Positions 24,001 to 36,691 of a stretch of DNA of 64,000 nucleotides are shown in pieces. The stretch is from Klebsormidium nitens (taxonomy: Eukaryota; Plantae; Klebsormidiophyceae). The stretch is taken from positions 124,101 through 188,100 of the forward strand of contig DF236951.1 of NCBI GenBank assembly GCA_000708835.1, written 5' to 3'. The translations under genes were made by a program, and so were the position numbers. How positions within the stretch are numbered: the first letter of the stretch is position 1; each line of letters begins with the position of its first letter. Below the pieces are notes generated by a model. That model searched no databases. It was given only the letters and a program-made list of their open reading frames with translations, and was not told where the DNA came from.

Positions 24001-26524
24001 CTTGCCAGCTTTTTGAGATCAACGGATATATCTGAGATGCATACCATGAAGGTAGGAGGCCCAGTTGGCGCTTGAGATCTGAGGCGACTCTGGAAAAGAC
24101 TGTGCTGCTGGAAGTTGTAAACCGTTTTGGGCACCTTTTGCCACAGTCATACCCGCCGAAACGCCACCAAGACCTTCGTGCAGCCTCGTGTTCTTATTGC
24201 GAAAGGTCGAACATCTTCTCGAGGAGCAATTTGGCATCCATTTACGCCTTGATCGCGCCTTCTTCTCTCATTCTACGCAACAGAAGCGTTTCCACCTTGG
24301 ACTTGATCGTTTTCCTTGCATGATTGGCGCCTGACTCTTCCCTTTCCCACCCGCAGATGCCTGACGTGGAGTGCCTGTGCATCGCGTTTATGGAGGACGG
24401 CAAAAGCGTGATCAGCGGATGGAGCGATGGCAAGATCCGCGCCTTCGGCCCGCAGAGCGGCAAGCTGCTCTACACCATTACGGATGCCCACGTGGCAGGC
24501 GTCACCGCCATTGTGGGCACCTCCGACTCCACCAAGATCGTCAGCGGCGGCAAGGAGGGCCAGGTGAGAGGGTTTGGAGGGTTTGGAGGGTTTGGAGGGT
24601 TTGGAGCCGCGGCCGGCCGCGCGAGCGGGCGAGGCGTGGTCGTTGAGAGATTGGGCATCGGGCTTGTCCACCTTGCTGGGCTCGTCGAGAATTGCAGAAA
24701 CGGCAGACGTCAAGCCACTCAGAGACTCTGATTGATTCGACGCTGCCCAACCAAAGACATCAGTCGACGAAAGGCGACAATGAATACGAAGGGTGTTACC
24801 AGACACTGAGTAGAAGCGGTAATCAAACTCGATGGCTAGAGAAAGCTGCATCAGTGCCAAAGGTTCTGCTCTACAGAAAGAAGAAAGCACTCTAATCACG
24901 GCTCACTCCCGGATGCCAGGTGCGGGTGTGGCGCATCGGGCAGGAGAGCCAGACGCTGATCAGCAGCATGAAGGAGCATAAGGGCCCCGTGAACGCCATC
25001 CAGGTGCGGCGGAACGACTCCGAGGCCGTATCCGCCTCCTCCGACGGCTCCTGCATCATCTGGGACCTCGCGGTGAGCCCCCCGCTCTAGTTGCTCGGCA
25101 CGCTCATCCGACTACCTTTGAATGTTCGTCACTGGGTTGTCATTAATTCAGTGGATTTTCGCAAGGAGGCCGAAAGAGATGGTTCTGGACGCAGCAGCTT
25201 TTCATCATGAGCCAACACAAAGCGCCCCGGTTCGAAACATATTCTGGTAGGGTTTGGCTGGTAAGGTGAACAAGAGCACGGTCCGAGATCTTGTCAGCAC
25301 CAAAATCTTCAATTGGGCGAACGGTTCAACTGACGAAGACGGGGTCAATCTGCAGCGCTTTGTCCGCAACAACAGCCTGTTCGCGTCCACGTTCTTCAAG
25401 GCGATCCTGTACCACCCCGACGAGAGCCAGCTGCTCACCACCGGCACCGACAGGAAGGTGAGCCGCCGCGCGAAGAGGCAATCTCTTCGGGCTATGCACA
25501 CCTGCTTAGAGATTTGCGATGAGGGCAAAGCCTTGTAGGAGGCCTGTCCACCCGCTCACCATATGCTTACAAGTGATACATGTTCCAGGATTCACGAACT
25601 TTAGTTGGTTCTGGGTGCGGCTTCTTGATCATCAAGCCCGAGTAGGAACCTCGTGCCCAATGAGCATCCTTAAATAGAGCTGCAACCTAAAATAGCACTC
25701 GCGACAATCACGGGCTCGAGGACCGATCATCGTCCTTAATCCAGCCAGCTCTCCTCTTCCTCGTCTTTTCTACACAGTGCGTTCGCACGCGTCTGACTTA
25801 CTAGTGCTCTCAAAAGTGAAGTGGCTCTAAATAACTTGCGGCTCGTCAGCTGTTCATTGCAAAGCGTAGTGCAAGATGCAAACGGTCATCGACTTTCTTT
25901 CTCCGCAGATCACGTACTGGGACGCCTACGACGGGCAGGTGATCCGCAACATAGAGGGCAGCAAGAGCGCAGAGATCAACGCGCTCGCAATCAGTGCGGA
26001 CGGGGAGGCCGTTGCGAGCGGCGGCGCGGACAAGGAGGTCAAGCTGTGGGGCTACGACGAGGGCCACTGCTTCGCGGTCGGGAGGGGCCACTCCGGGGCG
26101 GTGCTCAAGGTGGGGGCCAGGCGCTAAAAGTCACCGGATTCTGTGTACCGGGGTCAAGTTCTTCATTTTAAGTTGCTGCTAATTTTGTGCGTGTCTTCGA
26201 CTCTGCCTCGGACAGCAGATATGAACCAACGAAGTGACTCGTGTGAAATCCTTCGTATGAAAGCAAAGACTCTCGTGCATGATTTCGGGGCGAAGTCTCA
26301 GATTCTGAGTACTGACTGCTCAGATTGCTTGACGCGCTTTCTTTGAAGGACCACAGCGCTCGTGTGGGATGAGCTTTTGAGCTGATCTCTGACTAAGGAT
26401 CTATTGCCAACTACAGGTGAAGATCAGCCCGGATCTGCGGAAGGTCGTGTCCGTTGGAGAGGAAGGGGCCATCCTGATCTGGGACTACATAAGTCCGCGG
26501 TCACTTTCGGCACCCAGAGACTAG
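21012..26524 (+). CDS. CFAP52: Cilia- and flagella-associated protein 52 (WD40-repeat microtubule inner protein); ~10 exons
   Basis: Peptides LRLDSVIGIGGGVPNGLLLHPDG...YPLGSTV, FLQGHTDKVACIAVSKSGRYLASGQVTHMG, HHEKITDVCFP, SGWSDGKIRAFGPQSGKLLYTITDAH, SMKEHKGPVNAIQV, LLTTGTDRKITYWDAYDG, GHSGAVLKVKISPD...VSVGEEGAILIW match WDR16/FAP52. Stop at 26522-26524. Confidence 0.95.
24569..24604 (+). repeat. (AGGGTTTGG)4 minisatellite at the start of a CFAP52 intron; G-quadruplex motif
   Basis: Four exact 9-nt units begin 5 nt after the donor GT at 24564, giving GGG-N6-GGG-N6-GGG-N6-GGG. Confidence 0.9.
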
Positions 26525-27526
26525 CCTCAAAAAGATTCGAGTATAGACATAGAATATTGATCCTTCCCGTATGATAAGTACGACCACTGGCTTACTTCAA
26601 TGTCATCACTGTTGCGGCAGCCCTTGACATTCTTCGCCCAAAAGAATGTGTATACACAACGCTCGGATTGATCGCTTATGGGTCTCTTCAACTCGGGATT
26701 TCGAATTCTGATGTGTGTGTACATCGGCGGGTGTTTCTGTTCGTACATGAGATGTAGATGCATGATAATCAAGTGCTTAATTCGTACATCATCTTCGCAG
26801 CAGATGAGGCCCCACAAACGATCCAGATACGATCCAGTCCTTTAGAAGACCAGAAGACATTGGGCTCCACAAAATAAAACCCCAAGTAAGTTTGGATTCT
26901 TCACGCAGGCGCTTTACCTTAACCATTGCCGCCACGTACTCACATAGATATTGCTAAATGCTCCAGTAGCCTTTGAACGCCCCAAGTCCAAGTTCGAGGA
27001 ACCGGCTGCGGCCCCTCTTGCGGTTGTCATGAAGACTAGCGTCTTCGCGTCTTGTCAAATATCTCTGGTAATGTTCGTCTAAAAGGATCTGACTATTGGC
27101 ATTTGCATGTGCTGTGCCCTTTGTTGCACAACTGAGACGACTCCGCTGCCGCCTGGTGCATAATAATTCTAACCTTTTATGGTGGCCCGTGAGGCCAGCC
27201 CTGAAAGTGCTTGATCAGTCTGCAGACCTCCTCAATGAGCTTATACCAGGGCTGCTACATAGGAATCGCCTGTGGACGTGAGTTTGGGCGATCCGCGCTT
27301 AAGTTCACTGTCGCGGCCGGGAGGGCGCGGCCGCGCTTGGCAAACCCCATGATCGAGTCCGATTTTTGGGGTTCACAAAAACCCTGGCTCGTCGATTCTA
27401 TTCTAGAGATCTTTGAAACCCTAAATCAGGCAGAAACCCTGGGCCCTACTAGGGATAGCCTTAGGGATATTCTGTTGCCTATACAGAAGAAACAGATTAC
27501 CCCTACAACAGCGTCTCTTTTCAATA

Positions 27527-30500
27527 ATGGCGGCTTGCAAGGCACTCCTGAAGCCAGCATTGAGCTGTCAGGGCTTTGCTCTGCAGCAGGGCAGACGAGG
27601 CAAGTTGCGGCAGCCAGCAGCTCCCTGTCTGCGCACAGGTAAGAACACGCTTGTCAAAACGTCTGAGCCTTTGTGTCAAGACAAGGTCCCACATCCACTC
27701 CCCTTCGAGAGACCCTCTTGCCTTATAGGTTATTTAGGCTGGTTGCACGGTCCGGGCAAAACGGTGAAGCCTGCAACATTGCTCAGTCCTAACGGTATGA
27801 CGTTAAGCAGTAATAGACTTTGGCCCCTTCTTCATGAGAATGTGCACAATGCTCGGAGGCCCGCCGGAAACATATACTTGCTATGAGTACTATTAGTATC
27901 AGTTTTGCCCCGAAAGAACACGGAAGAACGGTTTTGAATAGTGGTGGCCCCTGAATCGGCAGAAGTACGGAAGTGGGTCTGTACCTTCTGACAGCTCAGA
28001 GTTCTTTCTTTGTCCTTCTGCACTTCCAACGTTGCAGCATTTTTGGCACAGTGGCCCTCTGAAAGGTGCTTCTCTGCTGTGCAGCATATTTGCAAACCAG
28101 CCCTTCTCCAGCGCCTCTTAGCAGTCAGAATGTTGCAGCAAAAGGTTGGCGTCAGATTCTGGAGCCACCGGCCCAGGGTTTCCACACCAACTCTAGACCT
28201 GGGCTGCGGGGTGATGATCGGGGTGGTGCCCGGTGTCAAGCGCAGGCACAATCAAATGGTGAGGAAGCAACGCCCCAAACGCCATTGACAATCCTAAGGC
28301 AGCGGTTTTCTGTCTGCTCATTTGGTTCAAATATCCCAGATACTTTACATTTTGCAGAGCACATGTTTGCCAAGCCAGGGGCTGTTGGAAGTACCGCAGA
28401 CTTTGACGGGGGTTTCCTGGCAGACAGACATTCCCGCCACATAAGGATCATCTGCCAAGTTTGGAGTGTGCAACCTGGGTAAGTAGATAGTGAAAGCGCT
28501 GCACTACCGGACACTCGCTTGGACTACTACGACTTCATCCGATGTTTGCAACAGACCTTGGCATCTCAACCTCCTCAAGTCATGTTGCGTCCCTGCAGGA
28601 GCGGCGATGGGCGCTTCTCCAGAGCAAGAGGTCCTGGGAAAGCTTTCTCAGATCATCGATCCCGATTTCGGGACAGATATTGTCTCCTGCGGGTTTGTGA
28701 AGGAGATGCAGATTGACCCGAACACGGGGGTGGTGTCTTTCACCTTGCAATTGACAACGCCGGCTTGCCCGGTCAAAGACATGGTGAGACAGTCCGATAA
28801 CTTTTAAGGGGATCGCTATTTTCTTGTGAATTCATCAGCCTGGCTGGTGACCCATGTGCTGCCAGATAGACAAGCAGACAGGTAAAGCGAGATGTATTTG
28901 TTGAAGGAAGCCATATCAAAGCCTTGCTCTTGACGACGAAGCCCGACTAAGTTTTACTTGAGAATCGCCAGTCAATTCCTCATCAAAGATTTCAATCAGT
29001 CTCTACCTAGCCACTAGGCTTCAAGGAAACTTCTGGTTTGAGGAGCAAGACGGGACCCTCTGCAAACTCTTTGTGACTCCGACGTCCATGGTCGCAAGTC
29101 CCCATCTCAATGCATTAACGACAGGCCCGCTATTGCAGTTTGAGTCACAAGCGCGCGAGCTTGTGAGCCAGCTGCCGTGGGTGAAGGACCTCAGCATTAA
29201 GATGACGGCCCAGGCGCCAAGACCCATGACAGACGAAGACGTACCTCCGGGCCTGAGGAAGGTCGCCAACATCATTGCAGTGTCCAGTTGCAAGGTATGG
29301 CCGTGACTCCTTGTTCAAAGGAAACGAACTCGAGCGCAGTAGAAGCCCCTTACCTTTGAAATCGAGTTCTGATGTTTGCAAGTCGAGCTGGCCAGAATTG
29401 TCCCGCCTATTGCTCTCATCGGTGTTCAGAACAATCGTAGCAGTGAAGCAGCTCTTGAACACGTCTTTCTGTCCACTCCAGGAACTCGACATGAATACTA
29501 AAGAGGCCTGATGATTGCCTGATGGTGCCTCGTCTTTAGTCCCTCTTGTCTGAAGAACTCCTGTTTTTCACAGGGCGGAGTTGGCAAGTCCACGGTGTCA
29601 GTCAACCTTGCATACGCGTTGCACGGCATGGGCGCGCGGGTGGGCATCTTTGATGCGGACGTGTACGGGCCCAGCCTCCCGACCATGGTCTCTCCAGAGG
29701 TGCCCGTGTTGCAGATGGTGAGCTCTGTCTGCGAGACGCACGCAGATTGCACCCTCCCAACAGCTCTCAACGCTATGTATCGACAGCCGAGCTTTGGTTT
29801 TGTCGGCGTGTCTTGGTAGGGGGCCTAGCCTGTTAGCACGTGATCGTGATTTTGAAGGCCAGGTGAATCTTTGACTGAAAATGTATAACTTCGCTGACAC
29901 TCTATGACAAAAGCATCTCCTTGGAGCACATTTTGAAAGGCAAAGACTTGGGCAGGACTCCTCTTTCACCCGGACCAAACATCCAATCAAAGCTGTGATT
30001 GTAGCATCTCGTGTCTGCAGCGTGTGGAGGGCGACGATCGCATCATTATGCCGACCGAATACGAGGGCGTGAAGCTGGTGTCGTTTGGGTATGCGGGGCA
30101 GGGCAGCGCCATTATGCGGGGCCCCATGGTCTCGGGCGTCGTCAACCAGCTGCTCACCACCACCGACTGGTGAGGGACCCCTACTTCAGAAGAAGCTGAC
30201 ACTGTGACAGATCGTTGCTGAGTTGCTTGCACTATCACGAAGAACTCGATGCACGGGTAGAAAGGTGGCCTAGATGTAACCTTTTTACCTGTTGCTTGCT
30301 GCCTCATTTCTCACAGGCAGCGCTGCTGTATCGTTGGGCATGTCAAGTCCGCTCAATTTGTGATGCATCTCCGACCTTTGAGGTCCGATTGTCCTGTTAA
30401 AGGTACTCGACAGCTCAAGAAACCGAACCGAGTTAAGTCTGCTTACGTCTCCGAATTACTTCTGAGCTTCTTCCACCGAAAGCCGTCACCTGTGACATCC

Positions 30501-33193
30501 GTCACTTAGTAGCTGATAAACCTGGCTCTTCTTGTTTAGGGGGGAGCTGGATTACTTGGTGCTTGATTTCCCGCCTGGAACGGGAGACATCCAGCTGACG
30601 CTGTGCCAGGCCGTGCCCATCACGGCGGCTGTCATCGTGACCACCCCCCAGAAGCTGTCCTTCATCGACGTCGTCAAGGGTGTTCGCATGTTTGCCAAGT
30701 TGAAGGTACGCCTCACAATTGAGTCGGCGTTTCTGACTCCTCTGAGTATCTTTGCAAGATTGGCGCACGCCCATCGTGTTACGTTCTCGCACGTTGGTCA
30801 GACTGGAACTTCGTCCAGCATGAGGCACTTGCGTGTCGCCTGAGAAATGTTGGGTCTTAATTTTGTTGCCGGATTGTCCAGCTGTGCAGTCAAGAAGCTG
30901 AACGCAACATTGGAACCCTGCAGGTGCCGTGCATTGCTGTTGTTGAGAACATGTGCTACTTCGAGGCGGACGGGAAGCGGTACTTCCCTTTCGGACAGGG
31001 ATCTGGTCAAAAGGCAAGTCAGTCAAGCTCTCCCTCCATCTTTGCTGAGGCTTTGTAGGCAAGCAGCAGTCTTAGCAAACATTCACTATTGAGTCAAAAT
31101 AGGGCAAATCTCCTGAACAAACGTATGCTCCGGATCTTGCTTTTCTGGTTGTCGGCTTTCTTCGACTTTGCAAGTGTTGGCAGTCCCAAAGACCAAAGCC
31201 TGGTTCGTATTCATGCAGGTCGTCGACCAGTTTGGCATTGCCTCCTTGTTCCAGATGCCTATCAAACCCGAGGTAAGAAGCTGCTCTGGGTCCTGACCCC
31301 TTGGGGCGGATGGAACAGAATCTACTTCGTCCGCGAATTACCTGGTAAAGCTGCCGCTGTATGGAACCAACTTAGGATACCTTGCCTGACATTGACAAAT
31401 TTGTGATTCAGGGTACATGGTGCTTTTGTCTTTCATTCCGACCGCCAGGGCTCGAGTAGTCGCCGCTGACATCCCGACTACTCCGACGCCCCGATTCGAT
31501 GATCCGCCAGAACGTCTCTTCTTAATTTGTCAGCGACGTCTTTGTCTCTTCCAGTGTTATTCGTTTTTCTGAAGATATCAGGCTTCCGAGGCGGCAGAAG
31601 GCTTCTTTCGCTACCCGTGAGTGTAGGGAGATATGTTTTGTTACAAGTTTCGCACCCGTCCGTTCTCTGTATCCCTGCTTACCTGCCTACCTTCGCTCGC
31701 AGTTGTCGGCCTCTGGCGACACTGGGAAGCCCCAGGTGATCGTGGAGCCAGCCGGCGAGGTAGCGCGAGCTTTCTCCGAGCTGGGGGCGTCCGTCGTGCA
31801 GCAGACGGCCAGGCTCCGGCAACAGGGTGAGCCCGCATAAGCCTCTCTCCGGCCGTACTGAGAGCCAAAAAAGAAGCTGTGGCAAAAATCTGGGGCAGCG
31901 ACAAAGCTGCGCACTTGTTTTTGATGGGTTGAAAGCGCGTTGTTATCAACTGCGGTGCTGTTCAGTCGAAGATCGTTTGTGACCTCGTGCTTTACACACG
32001 CTCCCCGAGGCTCGAAATGCGACTTCAGCAGCTTGCCGTTTCAAATGTGCAGCTTAAGAATCGGACAGGTAATGCACTGCAGAAGAGAACAACACACTCT
32101 CACGCGCTTCGAATCGTCACACCTGTGCGTTTCATTCTCAAAGCTCCGTTTCTCGTTGCATTTCATCTGACGCCGGTCGAATTCTCTGCAGTGGCTACTG
32201 CTGTTGTGTACGATCCGGCACGGAAGGCCATCGTGGTGCGGCCACCCGGCAGTGACGAGGAGTTCCTGCTCAGCCCGGCGCTTGTGAGACGAAACGATAG
32301 GTCCGCGAAGAGCGTGGTGAGTCGTTCATTCTGCAGGCACACGCTTTCTCGCTCGCTTTCAATCAGCACATCTGGAAACTCTTGCGTTTCGCTGCCAACA
32401 CTTAATACTTGCATGAGCAGATTGACAGTTACTAAATTTTGTAGGGACGACATCGATTGAGTACGATGATAAATTCCTTTCGTACGTTCTGACGACGGAC
32501 GGTTTCGCACTTTGCAGGACGAGTGGACGGGGCAGCAGCTGCTGCAATACAGTGACGTGGCGGAGGACATCGTTCCTGAGAGCATCCGACCGATGGGCAA
32601 TTACGCGGTCGCTATCTCGTGGCCGGACGGCCTCACTCAGGTCAGCACGTTCGGATGCCTCCACAATTCTCGCGGACAAGGCTATATCCCGATCGATGTT
32701 CGAGCTGCATGAAGGTGGCTAAAAAGAGTTTCATTGCCGCAATTGATGTTCGAGCAGAGTGACTTCTTCCTGATCAAGCACAGCTTGTGCAGCAAAGATT
32801 CTGCTGTGCAAAGCCTCTGTCATCGCTGCAAAAGCTCATGCGTCGCGTTCGAACAATCAGCAGCTTTTGGGAAAGCTTCCTGGACTGAGAACTGCTTTTC
32901 GAGCGACCGCTGACAATCTGAAACGATTGCCCTTTCGTTTGCAGGTGGCTCCCTATGAGCAACTCGAGAATCTGGAGCGGATGCTGGAAGACGATGACTC
33001 GGCGTTTGCCATGCCGTCCACGACCAGCAGGGTGGACGGGTCTTCTGCTGCCGACCCTGCCGCGCCTTCCAGCAGACCCTCAGCAACGAAAGCTGCCGGA
33101 ACCGGGTCCGTAGGCGCGCAAGCTCCCTTGTCAGACGGTGCGGCCAGGATCTTGCAAGAAGCAGCGAGATTGAAGGAGTTGGCCAAAAGCTGA
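27527..33193 (+). CDS. HCF101: Fe-S cluster assembly factor HCF101 (plastid; DUF59 + Mrp/NBP35 P-loop ATPase + DUF971)
   Basis: Transit-like N-terminus; [20 protein letters not shown]...[10 protein letters not shown]; deviant Walker [13 protein letters not shown]; [10 protein letters not shown]; [14 protein letters not shown]; [19 protein letters not shown]; [12 protein letters not shown]; VVENMCYF; C-terminal [10 protein letters not shown]...[16 protein letters not shown]. About 70 extra low-complexity residues follow at the C-terminus. Confidence 0.96.
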
Positions 33194-33749
33194 GAGTGTT
33201 GGCTGTTTGATGGTCTCCTTAACTATAGTCTTGTAGGGGGTTCAAGAAATGGCTGGATAAACCGTTTACTGAATGCAAGAACAAGCTCCACCGCATGTTG
33301 ATTTGCGTTGAAAGACGTTACCTGCACTTGTTCTACCATCCGCTACTTCGCAGCTTTTTCATTGACCGCAATGCAGTTTATCGTCAGGTGTGTGATTGAG
33401 GCGCAAAGTTCTTGTAAACTGCTGTCATCTGGTGTATATCTTTGAAAGCAGATAAGTCCGCTCTAGTGCAACATCACATGCATCACTTAGTACATGGCAG
33501 CCCGTAACAAAGCGAGGTTTGATGCGGCTGCAACCAGCTAATGTCGTACGTACAGATATTGAAAGTGGTGCCCTGGGAGTGAGCCTTCGTCGCTCAGAAG
33601 TCGTGCTAGCTATGGAAGCATCCAGAGCGTATCTCTCAGTTGCAAATGATTCGATTGGTGGGAAAAAAATCGAACCTTTTGGCGCGGCCACGTAGGTCAG
33701 AGTACGTGCTCTGGACAATGAGCTCAACTGGTGTTGCGAGCTTAATCTA

Positions 33750-34090
33750 CATGCAGCTCAAGTGTTCAATCACGCATGCGAGATCTGGGATTACGAAAAG
33801 TGATGCAGATTAAGTTTCACATGCATGCTCACGGTTGGGCGCCCGCGCCTGTTATATAGGCACGTGGCGAATTTTTATATACGTAGAACTATATATATTG
33901 ATCGAGGATATGCATTTACGTTATGAGGCAGAATATCGCGATCGACAAGTGGGACATTCAATAGGTCCTCTTAAAGGGCATGCATATGGCATAACCAGAT
34001 CGACGATCGATCGAGGTCCGATCAAGCATGCGAGAATCGTTGTGTCCTACTCAGTGCCTTGATTGTGATACCGATCTAGCTCCTGCATGC
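33750..34090 (+). promoter_or_regulatory. Putative promoter: RY-like CATGC cluster, G-box/ABRE and TATA-like tracts
   Basis: CATGC at 33750, 33775, 33820, 33824, 33979, 34027, 34086; CACGTGGC at 33861; TATA-like at 33853, 33875, 33889. A donor (C|GTAAGT) at 34216 suggests a downstream transcribed exon. Confidence 0.3.
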
Positions 34091-34994
34091 AATTTGCCCA
34101 TCCGCCATCATGGGGTGTTCTATTCTTGCATTAGCTGATCTGGCAGACTCAATTTGATTGACTTGACCAAGACTCGCGTGGAGTCACGTCAGTGTTCAAA
34201 AAGGTCTTCCCCAGCGTAAGTTCATTTGATAATTGGTTCAATGACCGCCACTGTGAGAGGCCGGCAAGGATCGCGAGTGTTTGACACATAATATAAGCTG
34301 GTAAAAGCGGGTGAGTCTGCCGGGCGTGTTAAGTTGCCAGACGACTTGAAGACAATTCGGGCCAGAGAGCACCCCGGGCTAAGGATCTCTGTGCGTGGAA
34401 GCAATAGATCGAGGGTTGATCTGGAATAATTCCCTTGCATGGTGGGTGAGCAAAATCTCCACGATTGTGTAACAGCCGTTCGATACGCCACGTGTACTGC
34501 CAGGATAAGCTCGAGGCTGCCATAGCTCCATTAACTTGCCGTAATATTAGTCGCCTGGTCCCGCTACACGTTGTGTCCGACGTCCTCAAGACCTCGGGCT
34601 TCGAATTTTGAACTTCGATCTTCGAACTTCTCAAGGTCCTTGAGTATTCACATCCTGAAGAAGACGGTCTAACTTCAGTGGCCAAAGTTGTGCAAATCAG
34701 ATTGTTCAGGTGGCTCTTTATCACAGTAGCCGTGCTGACATTCTGACAACAGCAATATATACTGCTGCAGTAGGATTAGGCTTCCATCGAAGCGTCCACA
34801 AGGCACGGAATCGATCGAAGTCTCTCGCCAGGATCGTTGTCCTTGGTGGCACCGGCGCTGCTGAAAAGTTGGAAAAGCCATGCTTGCTACCCCAATCCGT
34901 GAGGGATCTGCTTTAGGAATATCCAAGTAGAATACGTCAAGCAGTATTGTGGCTGAACTCAAGCTGGCGGCGGCGTTATAGAACATTCTGAAGC

Positions 34995-36137
34995 ATGTCG
35001 AGCATCTCGTTCCATTCGCTTGGGTCGTCGAAGGGTTCTCAATTCAGCTTGGAAGCAGCAGGATGCATAAGCTGCTCTCGTGACTCGTTCAATGAGAAGA
35101 CCAAATCTGGGATATCAGGCACTTCAGTTGGTTATACTGGCCGTCCTTCGCTTGATTCAGATGATGCAGGTGAGATTCTCTGTACAGGCATCGCTGGAAA
35201 ATGAGAGCTCTTCTACCGTTCACCTCTAGAAGCTTCTTAATGAAAGGCCTGATATTAGTGCATACCTACAGGTTTGTTGTTGAGTACAACGGCATGCTGA
35301 GGGTGGGAGTCTTTTAGATTTACTATTCCTAATTGGAATAAAGAGGTTTCTATTTGCAGGTACAGAAGTCGACTCTTTCATCAAGAACAGGTCCAAGCAT
35401 CGAGGGTTTTCGCTGCTTGATGAAGACAATATCTTCGACGAGTACCCTGAGATCGAGTCTCGATTACCAAGAAACAAGCGGAGACGGGCACATTCCAGAA
35501 GTCCTAAGGTCAGGCCAGGTCTCCGAAAAAGTTATCTTTGCATGTAAGCTTTTGTTGACATGCGGCAAAAAGGTGTTCAGGCTGTTTGCATGTCATTTAT
35601 GCTCAAGGTTACATCAAACCACGTCCCATGGATTCATCGTTGGTACGTCAGATTTGCAGGTGCTCTTATCTTACTTCTTGTGTCGCTTCTGACAGAATAG
35701 ATCATTACAACATGTGATAAGTATGGGTTCTGAAAAAGACCAGAATTTATACAGGGCAAAGAGAAGAGCAGGGAGGTCGAAGACGATGCTAGAAGTCCCT
35801 CGGATGCAGACAAGAAGGATCAGCGCTTGAGTGTGCCGAATGAGTCACCCACGAATCAACGTAGCCATCAGTCACCTGTGCGTCAGGTGGTAAGTCATTG
35901 TTTTCGATGTAAGTTTTTATTATATTGCAATGGCTTCAGTAACCACTTCTTAAAACAGTAGTTTTGCAGATCAGGGTAGCAGCAGCTCGACTAGCGTTCA
36001 ATGCGATGGACTGTGTCTGGCCAGTATTGTTGACCTGCTTCAGCGACCACATCATTAGTTTTGCAGTTTGCAAGAACTCAAAAACCAGTGCTTCTTTGCA
36101 GTACTCGCTTCCACGAGTGGACGAGAACGAGGAGTAA
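34995..36137 (+). CDS. Hypothetical ~208-aa hydrophilic protein, 4 exons
   Basis: Exons 34995-35169, 35360-35508, 35755-35886/35889 and 35970-36137 all have GT-AG ends and stay open with matching phases (1,0,0). No family was recognised, and the start may lie further upstream. Confidence 0.5.
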
Positions 36138-36668
36138 TAGCTGCTGAAAGCTGCAAAGACTTGCCAGAAACTGGTTTTGAGAACGCTACTTAAGTGCAGC
36201 AATAAAGTCCATTGCTTTTTGGCTCGGAATTTAATCTGGTTGAGATCAAGCTAATACTCATGACAATTGAGCATCGTTTCTCCAATCTGTAATTCTGACA
36301 GGGAAATTTGAGGTTGTCAATTGCAGCTCTTCATTGCATTTTTCGGAGAGCACGGTCAACAACCCGGTCATCTGCAATATAGTAAACAATCTCGCCTTCG
36401 TGAAGAAAGGGCTTGAGACAGGAGTGGAAGCATGACAGCATTTGCTTGTCAGACTCTCTGTGATGCTTAAGGCGATACGTTTCAATTGCTTCAACTCTAA
36501 TGGGCCAAGTAGAATATGAAAGGTCTGAGATAGTGTTACGACGATAAAAGACCGTGAATTTGCCGCACTTTGCTTGTCTAAGTTTCCTCCTTGATTTAAT
36601 TACGAATCTGGCATGGTCACCGCCATGCTCGTAAGAGCGGCGTCGGGCATGCAGGTACATACGACATG

Positions 36669-36691
36669 TGACGTTATTTACGTCACGTGGC
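36669..36691. promoter_or_regulatory. Palindromic bZIP-type element overlapping a G-box/ABRE
   Basis: TGACGT-TATTT-ACGTCA (inverted repeat with 5-nt spacer) runs directly into CACGTGGC. Confidence 0.3.

Noticed and set aside
26527-27030. Possible small minus-strand gene just past CFAP52 (96-codon ORF plus upstream ATG exon with GTGAGT donor)
   Set aside because: The ATG exon ends in phase 0, but the nearest acceptor needs phase 2 to enter the long ORF. The phase-0 join stops early and no homology was recognised.
35936-36660. Minus-strand ORFs 36331-36660 and 35936-36202 as a gene or pseudogene
   Set aside because: They could not be joined by convincing splice sites, one overlaps the plus-strand orphan's last exon, and no family was recognised.
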